Both the position numbers and the translations under genes were made by a program. The notes beneath the pieces are model-generated. The model ran no database searches. It saw nothing but the letters and a program-made list of their open reading frames with translations, and was not told the DNA's origin. This document shows positions 9,695 to 19,600 of a stretch of DNA of 64,000 bases, in pieces. Numbering within the stretch: position 1 is the first letter of the stretch; every line of letters begins with the position of its first letter. The stretch lies in the sequence record NC_061447.1. One strand, given 5' to 3'.

Positions 9695-9885
9695 GGGCGA
9701 GTAAGCTCCGAGATTGGTTTAGCCACCAGCTCTGTAATGCGCGGAGGACACTGAGGGTTGCGTTTCAGGTTCTTGTGCAACCACTGCAAGTTATTACCAG
9801 ACGAAGACACCTCAGCACGGAAGCTAGGCAGTTTAAGCTCGTCACGGTGTTTGGCCAACAGCGCATTCAGTTCGTTCAGCAACAT
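9691..9885 (-). CDS. Hypothetical protein (64 aa)
   Basis: AAGG RBS, fills the gap, stop overlaps the next start (ATGA). Confidence 0.6.
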   Translation of the reverse strand: MLLNELNALLAKHRDELKLPSFRAEVSSSGNNLQWLHKNLKRNPQCPPRITELVAKPISELTRP

Positions 9886-9894
9886 TGTTTTTCC

Positions 9895-10515
9895 TTAAAG
9901 AGATGCAGTCATTAGTTCGAGTACATTCGACACTACATGCGCAGGACCGATTGAGATACCAGTATGTGCCTGTAAGTGGATTCGTTTGGTAAACAGTTCG
10001 AGTGGGTCAGGCCCACCGCCTGTTACTACGATACGTGGTATCTTTGGAAACATCTCAAGGATATCGCGCAGTCGTTCAATCTTATAGCTGGTGCTGTCCA
10101 TCGTTACGTTGGTCAACACTAACAAAGATGGTCGCTTGCTTTTGAGTTGTTCATAGTCGAAGCGATCACCATACAGCGTTACCCAGCGAGGCTTGAGGGC
10201 AGTTGCTTCACTATCCTCTACGGCAGCATTGAAGATATTCAGCGCAGCCATCTTCGCTCGATAATCATTTGGGAAACTGCTAATCACCGTAATGCGAGGG
10301 TCAGACTCAAAAGGATTCTGAATCATCTTCGCGAGGTGAGTAAGCTGTTTGGTCTTGGACACAACACGGCCTTTGAAGTAAGGCGACAATGGCTTATAGT
10401 CCTGCGCGGCTTCGACCACATCGAATTGCTCACGCTTACCAAACAGAAGCTGAGGGTCTACGCCCAGCGTTTGCATTTGCTTTGCTACATCAGGTTCAAA
10501 GTCGAAAGTTAACAC
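9895..10515 (-). CDS. Hypothetical protein, possibly a degenerate AAA+/DnaC-like fold (206 aa)
   Basis: GTG start with GGAGG RBS. RPSLLVLTNV resembles a Walker B strand with the acidic residues lost; no Walker A seen. Function uncertain. Confidence 0.55.
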   Translation of the reverse strand: MLTFDFEPDVAKQMQTLGVDPQLLFGKREQFDVVEAAQDYKPLSPYFKGRVVSKTKQLTHLAKMIQNPFESDPRITVISSFPNDYRAKMAALNIFNAAVEDSEATALKPRWVTLYGDRFDYEQLKSKRPSLLVLTNVTMDSTSYKIERLRDILEMFPKIPRIVVTGGGPDPLELFTKRIHLQAHTGISIGPAHVVSNVLELMTASL

Positions 10516-10535
10516 AATACCCTCCGTTGTTCATG

Positions 10536-10898
10536 TCAGGTATTTACAGATTCTGCCGCGCGCTGCCACACAACGAATCTAACGTTTAAGGCATTTTCCT
10601 CAATCTCAGCAGTAAGCCTAGGCTCGTACTTAGCAGCGTACTGGCGTATATGCTCAGGCCTGATTGCAAGTTGCGCGTTAATCTTGTGGATAGGGTTCGG
10701 GACAGATTCGTATGAGTAGTCTTCAATAGCGACAAGATTATCAATACGGAGAACACCAGGAACATCAAACACTTTTGGCAATACGCCAGGCTTGAATGCT
10801 GACCCCATAACTGTCTCGTGATATTCAACAAGCGCTTTAACCAACAAGCGGCCAGCGGCAGTAGACAGCGTAAGGTTATATTCAGTTCTAAATTCCAT
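10536..10898 (-). CDS. Hypothetical protein (120 aa)
   Basis: AGGAG RBS, co-oriented, tiles the operon. Confidence 0.7.
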   Translation of the reverse strand: MEFRTEYNLTLSTAAGRLLVKALVEYHETVMGSAFKPGVLPKVFDVPGVLRIDNLVAIEDYSYESVPNPIHKINAQLAIRPEHIRQYAAKYEPRLTAEIEENALNVRFVVWQRAAESVNT

Positions 10899-10913
10899 GG
10901 TGTTCTCCTATTA

Positions 10914-11285
10914 TTACATCAATGGCATTTCTGGATCGACGTAGGTGTATTGGAACACAACACGCCAACCAGATGCTACAGTTTTGTCTTCGTGGAAGCG
11001 GAAGCCGTAGAACATGATGATGCCTGTGGCTTCTGGCTGTAGTGTTGGCTCGTAGATCGTAAATGCTTCTTCGAGCTTGAGCGCATCAGCAATGCTGATT
11101 GCCCAGTTATCGAGGTCAAACACACCCTCTGGAACTTCCCAGGATATAGTATGCTTCTGCCAGTGTTCGGCTTGCATGTCAGTATCTTTGGAAATCCAGT
11201 CGAGGTGCTTGAGGCCCATGCGCAGAGCAACAGCATGTGGGATGCCGTGCTCAGACATATAGCGTTGCAGTTGATCAAGACGCAT
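10914..11285 (-). CDS. Hypothetical protein (123 aa)
   Basis: AAGGA RBS, tiles the operon. Confidence 0.7.
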   Translation of the reverse strand: MRLDQLQRYMSEHGIPHAVALRMGLKHLDWISKDTDMQAEHWQKHTISWEVPEGVFDLDNWAISIADALKLEEAFTIYEPTLQPEATGIIMFYGFRFHEDKTVASGWRVVFQYTYVDPEMPLM

Positions 11286-11598
11286 TGCATGATTCCTTAA
11301 TGGTGCGTGGGAAGACTGTCACGTTAATGCGCGTGTGATCTTTGTGTTCAGGATGCGGTAAGCATTCATGAGACACAAGCCAAACATTCGTACACTCCAG
11401 TTTGTCACGTATCACCATTAACAGGTTGGACATGACAGACACAGAATGCACAAAGTTAGAGAAGTCGAGAGTAATGGTCATGACCTCACTCGTCGGCTCC
11501 TCGTCACCGTTACGCCACTGACTAACGTTCATTGACAGGCGAGATGCTTCACTCTTAATCATATCCATATCGAGAGTGTGCGGTAAACGCTCTTTCAT
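11275..11598 (-). CDS. Hypothetical protein (107 aa)
   Basis: AAGGAG RBS, tiles the operon. Confidence 0.7.
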   Translation of the reverse strand: MKERLPHTLDMDMIKSEASRLSMNVSQWRNGDEEPTSEVMTITLDFSNFVHSVSVMSNLLMVIRDKLECTNVWLVSHECLPHPEHKDHTRINVTVFPRTIKESCNAS

Positions 11599-11635
11599 TT
11601 AAACTCCTTATAGCTTCAAAGAGACAGTCTATAAA

Positions 11636-12127
11636 TTAGAGAGCGAGACCTTTCAGGAGCAGACGGGCAGCAGCCGTGAACTGTTTCTTTTTGAGTTCAG
11701 GCAGCTTGCTGTAGCGGTCAAGGATATCCGACAGGCCAAGATCGTTTTCATCATCAACAACGTTTTCGTCATCGACATAATGACCTTCTTGACCTGCAAC
11801 ACCGTCGTCGCCTTTCTGCCAGTTAGCTTTAGTGACAGTCAGGCGGAAGGTACCACGAAATTCTTCTTTGATACGGCCAGGCACGGCCGTAGGGATACGC
11901 ACGGCAGTGTGGTTGAGGTCTGCAATACGCTGCACGGCAAAACCATCAGGGAACGCATCGAAAACAGCGGTCAGATCAATATCAGCCTGATTGTTTGGTG
12001 CAGGCGATTTTGCAACAAACGAAACAATAAACGTTTCACCGCCATCTACATCATACTGTCCATCCATAATGATTTTTGGATTGGCGCGTAACGTGTTGAC
12101 GATAAGAGTATGCAATGGATCGAACAT
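11636..12127 (-). CDS. Hypothetical protein (163 aa)
   Basis: GAGG RBS, tiles the operon. Confidence 0.7.
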   Translation of the reverse strand: MFDPLHTLIVNTLRANPKIIMDGQYDVDGGETFIVSFVAKSPAPNNQADIDLTAVFDAFPDGFAVQRIADLNHTAVRIPTAVPGRIKEEFRGTFRLTVTKANWQKGDDGVAGQEGHYVDDENVVDDENDLGLSDILDRYSKLPELKKKQFTAAARLLLKGLAL

Positions 12128-12129
12128 GA

Positions 12130-12612
12130 TTACTTCCTCAGGTAGTCTGCCAGCATAGCAATGTGATTGCTGATCATCTTCTTCTGGTCAGAGGTGAGTT
12201 TGCTGAAAGGCGGCAGGTCTGGATAGATGCCCTGCATCGCCAAGTAGGTTGTCTGCATGTCTGTTTCAGGACGCTTGCCGACACAGAACACACAGTCTTT
12301 GAATATGTATGAAGGCGGGCAGCCGAACGGCGCTTCGATAACTTCGACCTTATCGCAAGACAAGAACATCAAGCAGTCACCGAAAGTTTTACGCACGTCC
12401 TTCATACCAACGACAGTCAGCTTCTCGTAAGTAGCATCGACCAAGCTGGTAGCTGCGCCCTCGATAGAGACATTAACAGTCACATCAAGTGTGGCTGTAG
12501 CAGCACCAAGTGCCGACTGGTTGACGAGAGTAATGCCCTCCTCCTTGAGGGCACGGCGCAGGATAGTTTCGAATCCACTCTGCGGCTTAGGTTCTACTTC
12601 ATGAAGTTGCAT
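12130..12612 (-). CDS. Hypothetical protein (160 aa)
   Basis: Start overlaps the helicase stop (TAATG). Confidence 0.7.
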   Translation of the reverse strand: MQLHEVEPKPQSGFETILRRALKEEGITLVNQSALGAATATLDVTVNVSIEGAATSLVDATYEKLTVVGMKDVRKTFGDCLMFLSCDKVEVIEAPFGCPPSYIFKDCVFCVGKRPETDMQTTYLAMQGIYPDLPPFSKLTSDQKKMISNHIAMLADYLRK

Positions 12613-14213
12613 TAGAATCGCCTCATGCCTAGGTTCGATGGCTGGCCTTTCACTTTCGCTTCTGGTTCGAAGTAGTCAGGCAGTTCGCTATCAAGCGCCT
12701 CAGCCCGTGAAACAACTCCCATCCAGTCACGCAGTTTCTTCGGTGTACGCTTCGCTTTCGCGTAACCAAACTTCCAGCACATCTTGAGAACGGAACGAGC
12801 ACACTGCATCGAACGATCCATCTTCGGATCAATGAACATACGAATAACAGGTGTGCGTTTGTTTTCCATCGGCGTCAGAATACGACACGATTCCTGTTTC
12901 CAGTTCGGCTCGTTGTTCATCGGCATGATGTAGTAAAGCGTGTCCCACTTCGGAACGTTCAGGCCGCGCTGCATCAGCTTGCGCATACCGACAACGCAAC
13001 GTATCTTACCTTCACGCGCTGCATCAATAATCGGCTTACGCTTCTTCGCTTCTTTCGCACCGCCAAGGAACACCGCAGCAATTTCTTCGCAGTAGTGTTC
13101 ATTGATACGACGCACAAGCGCTCGCGCCTGATCGGTAAACATGATTGGGATTGCGATACTTCGACCAGCATCGAGGTCTTTGATAATCCACTCAAAGATC
13201 TTATCGTTGCGGTCTGGATGATTCGCAAGGAACTTACAGAATCGCACCCAACCACTTTTGTTGTTGTAGTTCGCTTTCGACTGCACCTTAGTCGAGGTCT
13301 TATGCAACGTGACCTTCGGTACCATTTCTTCAACGAACGCTTCGGCAATCACTGGACCAAAGATTGATTCAATCAGGTAGTGACGACCGTCTTTGCGCTT
13401 CGGCGTTGCAGTAAGACCAAAACGATACTTCATCTTGAGAGAGGCCAGTACGCGGCTGTAGCAGCTTGCGTTACCAGCATGACATTCATCGACGAACAAC
13501 GTACCGTAGTTCTCATTCAGCAACTTGAGTCGCTTCTTCGAGTTCTTACTGTCAGAGATCAGAGACTGGTAGGTCACGAGGATAATCTGGAAGTTTTTAT
13601 AATCGTCCAGAGTCTTCGGGAAGCCATACAGCTTCTTACCATACTTCTCTTCCAGCTGCGGAAGATTCGTCATCGCTTCGATAGTCTCCAAGAAACCATC
13701 GAGGAAGTCTTTCTGGTCAGCCATAATGACTGTACGGAATCCAGAGTGACATGCACCAGCAGTACCGATAACCGTCTTACCAGAACGAGGCGGTGCTTTA
13801 AACACACCACACAGTTCACCGAACATCTTCTCGAACGGTTCTTCCTGATACTCACGCAGCTTGCCTGTGAACTTCACTTTATAATCAAACGGCACACGGC
13901 TCGTACCGTTAACGAACTTCACTTCTTTCAGGCTTAACCCTGCTGTCTTTTCAAAGCGGTGCATCTCACCGTATGGGATCGATACATAACGCTTACCCTT
14001 AATCTCAGAGTATTTGGCCAGCACAGTTATATCAAGCAGACCGCCCTTAGAACATTGACGACATTCTTCGGACGGACGTATCGAACGATACTCACAGTTC
14101 TTGCACACGGCATTTTCGAACTCATAGTGAGTCATCTTCTTGATGATGTTGTCAGCGTCCACGACCTTAACAGGAATGTGCAGACGGCTATCGACCAATA
14201 CTTTGGCAGTCAC
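12612..14213 (-). CDS. uvsW: Superfamily 2 DNA helicase, UvsW/XPB-like, with an N-terminal Cys4 zinc motif (533 aa)
   Basis: LREYQ (Q motif), APPRSGKT (Walker A), FVDECH (DExH), GLTATPKRKDG (motif III), QRGLNVPKWD (motif V); N-terminal CKNC-x10-CRQC. Confidence 0.85.
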   Translation of the reverse strand: MTAKVLVDSRLHIPVKVVDADNIIKKMTHYEFENAVCKNCEYRSIRPSEECRQCSKGGLLDITVLAKYSEIKGKRYVSIPYGEMHRFEKTAGLSLKEVKFVNGTSRVPFDYKVKFTGKLREYQEEPFEKMFGELCGVFKAPPRSGKTVIGTAGACHSGFRTVIMADQKDFLDGFLETIEAMTNLPQLEEKYGKKLYGFPKTLDDYKNFQIILVTYQSLISDSKNSKKRLKLLNENYGTLFVDECHAGNASCYSRVLASLKMKYRFGLTATPKRKDGRHYLIESIFGPVIAEAFVEEMVPKVTLHKTSTKVQSKANYNNKSGWVRFCKFLANHPDRNDKIFEWIIKDLDAGRSIAIPIMFTDQARALVRRINEHYCEEIAAVFLGGAKEAKKRKPIIDAAREGKIRCVVGMRKLMQRGLNVPKWDTLYYIMPMNNEPNWKQESCRILTPMENKRTPVIRMFIDPKMDRSMQCARSVLKMCWKFGYAKAKRTPKKLRDWMGVVSRAEALDSELPDYFEPEAKVKGQPSNLGMRRF

Positions 14214-14215
14214 AT

Positions 14216-14761
14216 CTATTTCCTTACGTTCGGCAGACCGTACTCGCGCTGGTTGATAATGTTCATCGTATCGACGAGTGCTTTAAAGGCAAAGCCACAC
14301 TTGTCAATGTCCTTGATGTACAGGTCAAGCTCTTCCTTGAGCAGGTCAAGCGAATCAGCGTAGCGGTAGTATTCGGCCATAATATTTCTGATACAACGCT
14401 CGCGTTCTTTCGCAGCGCCGACGGCTTTCAGATCTTTTGCATACGTGACCGTGGCGTAATCCTGAAATCGCTCCAGCATATCATTTAACAGTTTTGAGGC
14501 TGTGTGAATGTGCGTGAGGATCTCAGTCATACGGCTACGGTACGATTGATCTTGAATTATCGACTCGGCCAATTTGTTCAGAGCAGTAGGGTCAGAGATG
14601 TTGAGCGTTCTGACCTTACGCATCTTAAACAGCTTACGTGCTTCGTCTTGCAGTTCGGCGAGAGGCTGCTGGAAGATATCGTTGGTCTTATAGATATCCC
14701 GCAGCTTCTTGTAGCGCTTGTCGTTCTTGACCTTTAATCGGATGCGCTTTAGGTCGTCCAT
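14216..14761 (-). CDS. Helical protein, possibly a UvsY-like recombination mediator (181 aa)
   Basis: All-helical and directly upstream of the UvsW-like helicase, as uvsY is near uvsW in T4. C-terminal IKDIDKCGFAFKALVD resembles the UvsY C-terminal RGF-x-IK pattern as recalled. Confidence 0.45.
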   Translation of the reverse strand: MDDLKRIRLKVKNDKRYKKLRDIYKTNDIFQQPLAELQDEARKLFKMRKVRTLNISDPTALNKLAESIIQDQSYRSRMTEILTHIHTASKLLNDMLERFQDYATVTYAKDLKAVGAAKERERCIRNIMAEYYRYADSLDLLKEELDLYIKDIDKCGFAFKALVDTMNIINQREYGLPNVRK

Positions 14762-15207
14762 TAATCACCTTTATCAGTTACGAGAATCGGACTCTCAGGA
14801 GTCTTGTTCGGCATCGCAAAGAAACTGCCATGCTCGTCTCGGTAAATTAGCAGACCCCCAGAAGGACCTTCAATAGGGCAGGTGAAGTTGTATAGTTTTT
14901 CGAGTGGTGGCATATAGCCTACAGTCACAGCGTTAAACGTACACCACTTCGCGGACACTTCAAGCAATGAGCCGACAACTGTATCGGCCAAACGTAGATA
15001 CGATTGTTTGAAGTGGTAGCTGTGTTCGATTGGCGCAACGCTATCAATGTCCAGCGTATCACCATACACAGCTTTATAAATCAGGCAGAAACGACGACGC
15101 CCACGCGGGGCATTAGGTATTTCATACAGCACATCGTGTATGAGTGAAGAAACGTCCCCAACGAGGACGTTTTTCTTGACCACCAGCTGGGCCATTTTAT
15201 TTGTCAT
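14761..15207 (-). CDS. Hypothetical protein (148 aa)
   Basis: Overlaps both neighbours by start/stop coupling. Confidence 0.65.
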   Translation of the reverse strand: MTNKMAQLVVKKNVLVGDVSSLIHDVLYEIPNAPRGRRRFCLIYKAVYGDTLDIDSVAPIEHSYHFKQSYLRLADTVVGSLLEVSAKWCTFNAVTVGYMPPLEKLYNFTCPIEGPSGGLLIYRDEHGSFFAMPNKTPESPILVTDKGD

Positions 15208-16382
15208 GCTGGCAGGTAACCGAAGTACAACAGAGTGTGCGTGTCGAACTTGTAATTCAGGCTGAACGCGTTCAGGCTATTGATGTTCGCGCCATGGAAG
15301 CCCATGTTGTGTCGTTCTTCACGGCCGATGTTACGCAACAGTTCACGAATGATGCGCATGTCCAGAGAAGTCGTGAACTCTTTCTCAATCGGCTTCGCCA
15401 GTTTCAGGCTGTCCTGTACGCTACCGCTATCGTTACCAAACTTGAGTTTGAACTCTTGCTTCTTAACGTGGAGCTTCGCGTTCGTGTTGCCTTTCTTCTC
15501 GATCAGCGTCGAGATGTTTGCGAACGGCGCAGACAGGTCACCTTTAATCACACAACCCAGCAATGGTTTACCGAGCTGTGCAATCATGTTGTCCATGTAG
15601 CGATAGTCTTCATCGCTTGCCTGAATTGGAGGCAACGTCAGAACAAACGATTCTGCTTCGGCAGCGAATGAACTGCTGTCCACATGGAACGTTACCTTTT
15701 CTTCACCGCAGAAGCGATAGACCAGATCGAACATCTCGCCAGTCATGCTGAAACGGAACGGCTTCACTTTCTTTTTCAGCGCAGCACGGTAACGAGAAGA
15801 CGTCCAGTGTCCAGGACTGACGAGACTAAGGCTCTCACCGTCACAGATAACACGACACATCACGGTCTGGCCTGTGATTGTATCTTTCAGTCGAGTCAGC
15901 TTAACGCCCTGAGTCATCGCGTCGATTACTTCACGCGTCATCTCATGGCCACCCTCAATATGATGATGCAGACCCTGTTCAACCATCGGGATTTGTTCGG
16001 CAGATACTGGACGCAGTTTCACTTCTGCCTTGTACTTGCCTTTCTGCTCACTGATGTTCAGCGTCTTACCATCGAACTCAACGTTCAATTCTTTGCGCTT
16101 ACTGATCAGGCCGGTCAACTGAATAGGGTCGATGTTCATGACCGTATCAGCATCGGCAGTTGCGCCTGGGATTTGATACGCAACAAACGTATCAGGTGTG
16201 CGGCCTAATACGAATACGTCGGACTTATAAGTGACCAGCAAGTGAATGTGGGTCAACTTGTCGTCCGACTCAGAGAAACGCGTTACGCTATCAACACGTT
16301 TAAGAATATCTGACAGGAAGGTACCGTTCAGCACAAGGCTGCATTTCTTAGCGGGGTTCTTCGGCAATCGACAAGTCTTCAT
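15204..16382 (-). CDS. dnaN: DNA sliding clamp, DNA polymerase III beta-subunit-like (392 aa)
   Basis: Size about that of the three-domain beta clamp; N-terminal LSDILKRVDSV...LTHIHLLV and repeated beta-alpha-beta periodicity; next to the DNA polymerase; GAGG RBS. Confidence 0.7.
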   Translation of the reverse strand: MKTCRLPKNPAKKCSLVLNGTFLSDILKRVDSVTRFSESDDKLTHIHLLVTYKSDVFVLGRTPDTFVAYQIPGATADADTVMNIDPIQLTGLISKRKELNVEFDGKTLNISEQKGKYKAEVKLRPVSAEQIPMVEQGLHHHIEGGHEMTREVIDAMTQGVKLTRLKDTITGQTVMCRVICDGESLSLVSPGHWTSSRYRAALKKKVKPFRFSMTGEMFDLVYRFCGEEKVTFHVDSSSFAAEAESFVLTLPPIQASDEDYRYMDNMIAQLGKPLLGCVIKGDLSAPFANISTLIEKKGNTNAKLHVKKQEFKLKFGNDSGSVQDSLKLAKPIEKEFTTSLDMRIIRELLRNIGREERHNMGFHGANINSLNAFSLNYKFDTHTLLYFGYLPA

Positions 16383-16641
16383 CTCTATCCTCTAAAACAA
16401 ATTGTAGTGTGCCCTGGATATTTACAGCATTCAGGCGTTTACCTGTAGATGCAATCAGGCCATTCAGAACGCCGATAAAGTCAGCGCTGTAACAGTCAGG
16501 AGCGATCTGGTGAACATAGATATCATCAGGCACGTCACCTGGGTTAAGCTGCCAAGCAGTACGCAAGGCAGCACCCATGAATGCCGGACGTTCTACCAGA
16601 TGCCTGTTCAGAAACGAACATACATCTTCGGCCGTTATCAT
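16348..16641 (-). CDS. Hypothetical protein (97 aa)
   Basis: Start overlaps the polymerase stop (ATGA). Confidence 0.6.
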   Translation of the reverse strand: MITAEDVCSFLNRHLVERPAFMGAALRTAWQLNPGDVPDDIYVHQIAPDCYSADFIGVLNGLIASTGKRLNAVNIQGTLQFVLEDRDEDLSIAEEPR

Positions 16642-19600
16642 TTCTTCGCAATCCCCTTAAGTGCGGACTTGAGCATAGACTTACTGATTTTGATTTTCTT
16701 CGGAGCACCACCGGCAGCAGCGGCTTTCTTAGCTTCCTCTTCTGCCTTGTACTTCTCAAACGTTTTGATGTTCTTCGGAAGTTCAGCACGCCATTCTTCG
16801 ATGTTCTTCTTGTCCTTGTTGGTGAGAGGATTAACTTTGTCCATGCTACGAATTTTGATATCGTTAGCCCAAAGCTGTTTCTTCATCCAATCGGACATGA
16901 GATGATACTGGTCTTCCATAATGCTGTCCAGTGTCTTCTCAACATCGAGGTCGGTCTCACCCAGCTCGTCACGTTTAATCTCAAGGCCGTCTTTAATGAG
17001 TTTCTTGAGTTGCGTGTAAGAGAAGTTCCAACCCTGCACGTCTTTCTCTGACGCACCGATTTCAAAGTCGATTTCAGGTACGGACGTGAACTCAAATCCT
17101 TCGTGACGCTTCTGCACTTTCTCGACCACTGCGCTGGTCATCGCACGTTCGATCATATCGAGCGCAAGGAAGATCCATTTGTAATCGCAGTCAACGGTCA
17201 AGGAGTCGTGTACCGATACGTTCATATCGAAGTCAGGGTATTCGCCATTCGCTTTCCAGTAGTCATACTTCATGCGGTCAAGAATACGAATCGCGGACAT
17301 CATCAAGTCAGAACCGAAGCCCTGTACTGGACTGTTTACCGCACGACGGTCACATGCTGCATGAACCATGTTCGCTTCTTTATGCGACTCTGGAAGCATC
17401 AGGCCCCAGAGATGACGACGACGACCAACTGGTGATTCAACAAAGAAGTTCTCGTGTGCAAACTTCTTAATCTTGTCGAACCATTTTAAGCCAACAGGGA
17501 ATCGTTTAAGGAACTTGCCTTTGATCTCAGCAATCTCCTCAACTTCACGTCCAGTTGACTTCGCAAGACCCTTATCACCCTGCTGATAGATCAGGCCGAA
17601 GATTACGGTCTTAACCGCGTTACGTACGGACTTGGTTACGTCCATTACGTTTGGAATACCGAAGAAGTACGCGGCGTTGATTTTGTGAACGTCACCTTCT
17701 GCTTCGACGCGGTGTTCGATCCACGGGTCAGGTACTGTACGGAAACGATGACGCAGCTTACGGCCTTGCTCGAATACGTCTGCAACGCCTTGGTCACCAG
17801 AGATGATTGACCAACCACGAACTTCGTGTGCCGAGTAGTCGACCTTGATAAGCAATCTGTTCTTTCGCGCAATCAGAATACGCTTGATCAGTTTACCCAT
17901 CTCGCTTCGACTTGGTACCTGTTGCAAGTTCGGGTCAGACGCTGAGGTACGTCCCGTTACAACTCCGAGATAGCCATAAGTTGGTCGGATTGAACGGTCA
18001 TGTTTGAAGTCCTCTGACTCTCCCCACAATTTAAGCAGGCTGTTAACGTAGGCGTTCTTGAGCTTGTACGCTTTGCCGAGCTTTGTGTAGAGCGACACCA
18101 ACGGAATATCTGCATACGCCGCTTGGAAGTCTTTGTCGAGCTTACCCGTCTTCTTGCCGTTCTCACGGAGCTGTTCCCCTTCTTTCAAAGGTTTGAGTTT
18201 CATCACATCGAAGAACAGGATTTGCTTATGCTCCGACTTCGACATATCGAACTTGGTGACTTCGACTTTGCCCATAAGACCCATCTTAGGAACGTTGTCG
18301 TCTTTGCAGATCACTTTGTTCGCAGCCTTAACCTCAGGGCTGTTCATGAACTCACGCTCTACGTTTCGAATCTCCTCGTTGATAGGAGAGTTCGGCAGGT
18401 TGAGCTTAAACAGGTAGTCGATATCGGCACCAGCACCTGTTGTTTCCAGAATGGAGAACGCATGAATCTGGTCGGAGATTTGCTCACTGACCATAGACTC
18501 ATACTTGCCGTACTTGATATCGTTCGCTCGCAACATCTGCTTCGCTGCAATACGGAATGGAACGATAACGTCAAGCCCTGCGTATTCCTGAACACTCTCG
18601 TCCAAGTCAACGTCGGCAATAGTCGCTCGCATCTCTTTACCGAACGACACTTCATGATACACCTTACAACCAAACTGCATTGTCAGGTTAGCCAAGTTGT
18701 AGTAACCGTTACCAGTTACGTTCAACAACAACTTGGCGTTTTCATCGAAGGCGAACTCGCCTGCTTGAATATCCCAAACGTTAGCAGCATAACTACGAAT
18801 GCCGAAGTTAGAGCGCATTACGTTCAGGTCGAACTTCGCGTTGGTATAGATTTGGTACTTGTTGTCGTTCTCCTCGAAGAAGTCCTTAAACAGTTCCTTA
18901 ACCTTACGCAGTTCTTTTGGACTGAATGGGCTGTCTCGGTGATAGACAGGTATGACATACGCTTTCTTACCGTCGTCCGATAACTGCACCGTCAGAATCT
19001 TGTTCTTGATACGGTTCAGGTTCTCGGTTTCGGTATCGACTGCAACCTTCTTGGCGCGCTTCATACGCTTCAAGATTTTTTCAAGTTGCTTGACCTTCGT
19101 TACATACACGAGGTCCCAGTTACGATTCTTACCGCACGTAACTTCGTCGATCTTATAACGCATCCCTTTGTTCAACCACGGCAACATCCAACGTGCCATG
19201 TAACCGAGAGTATACGATGAACCGCTGATGTGCATTGGGTTCAATACGGTGTGATAGCTGACATTCGGCAGATGGATAAAGCTGTGCTTCTTACCATCGT
19301 GTTTGAGCTTCGTCGGAATCTCCACACCGTACCAGTGCTCGTAGTGATCTTTCGAGAACTGAATCTTATCGGCGTTAAGCGCTTTGAACGGCGCCTTACC
19401 AAATGTTAGAACATAGTCTGGCTTGTACTCAACAATCAAATCACGAATACGATCCGCAAACGCTTGGTCTGCGTCTTCTTTGAACTGCTCGCCCTTGTCA
19501 TACGTCTTGAACATGTTGTACGAGACAACAAGGAAGTTCCAGTCGTCGAGAGTTGTCTTGGTCGGAAACGTATCTTCGAGATACTGAATCTGATTCAGGA

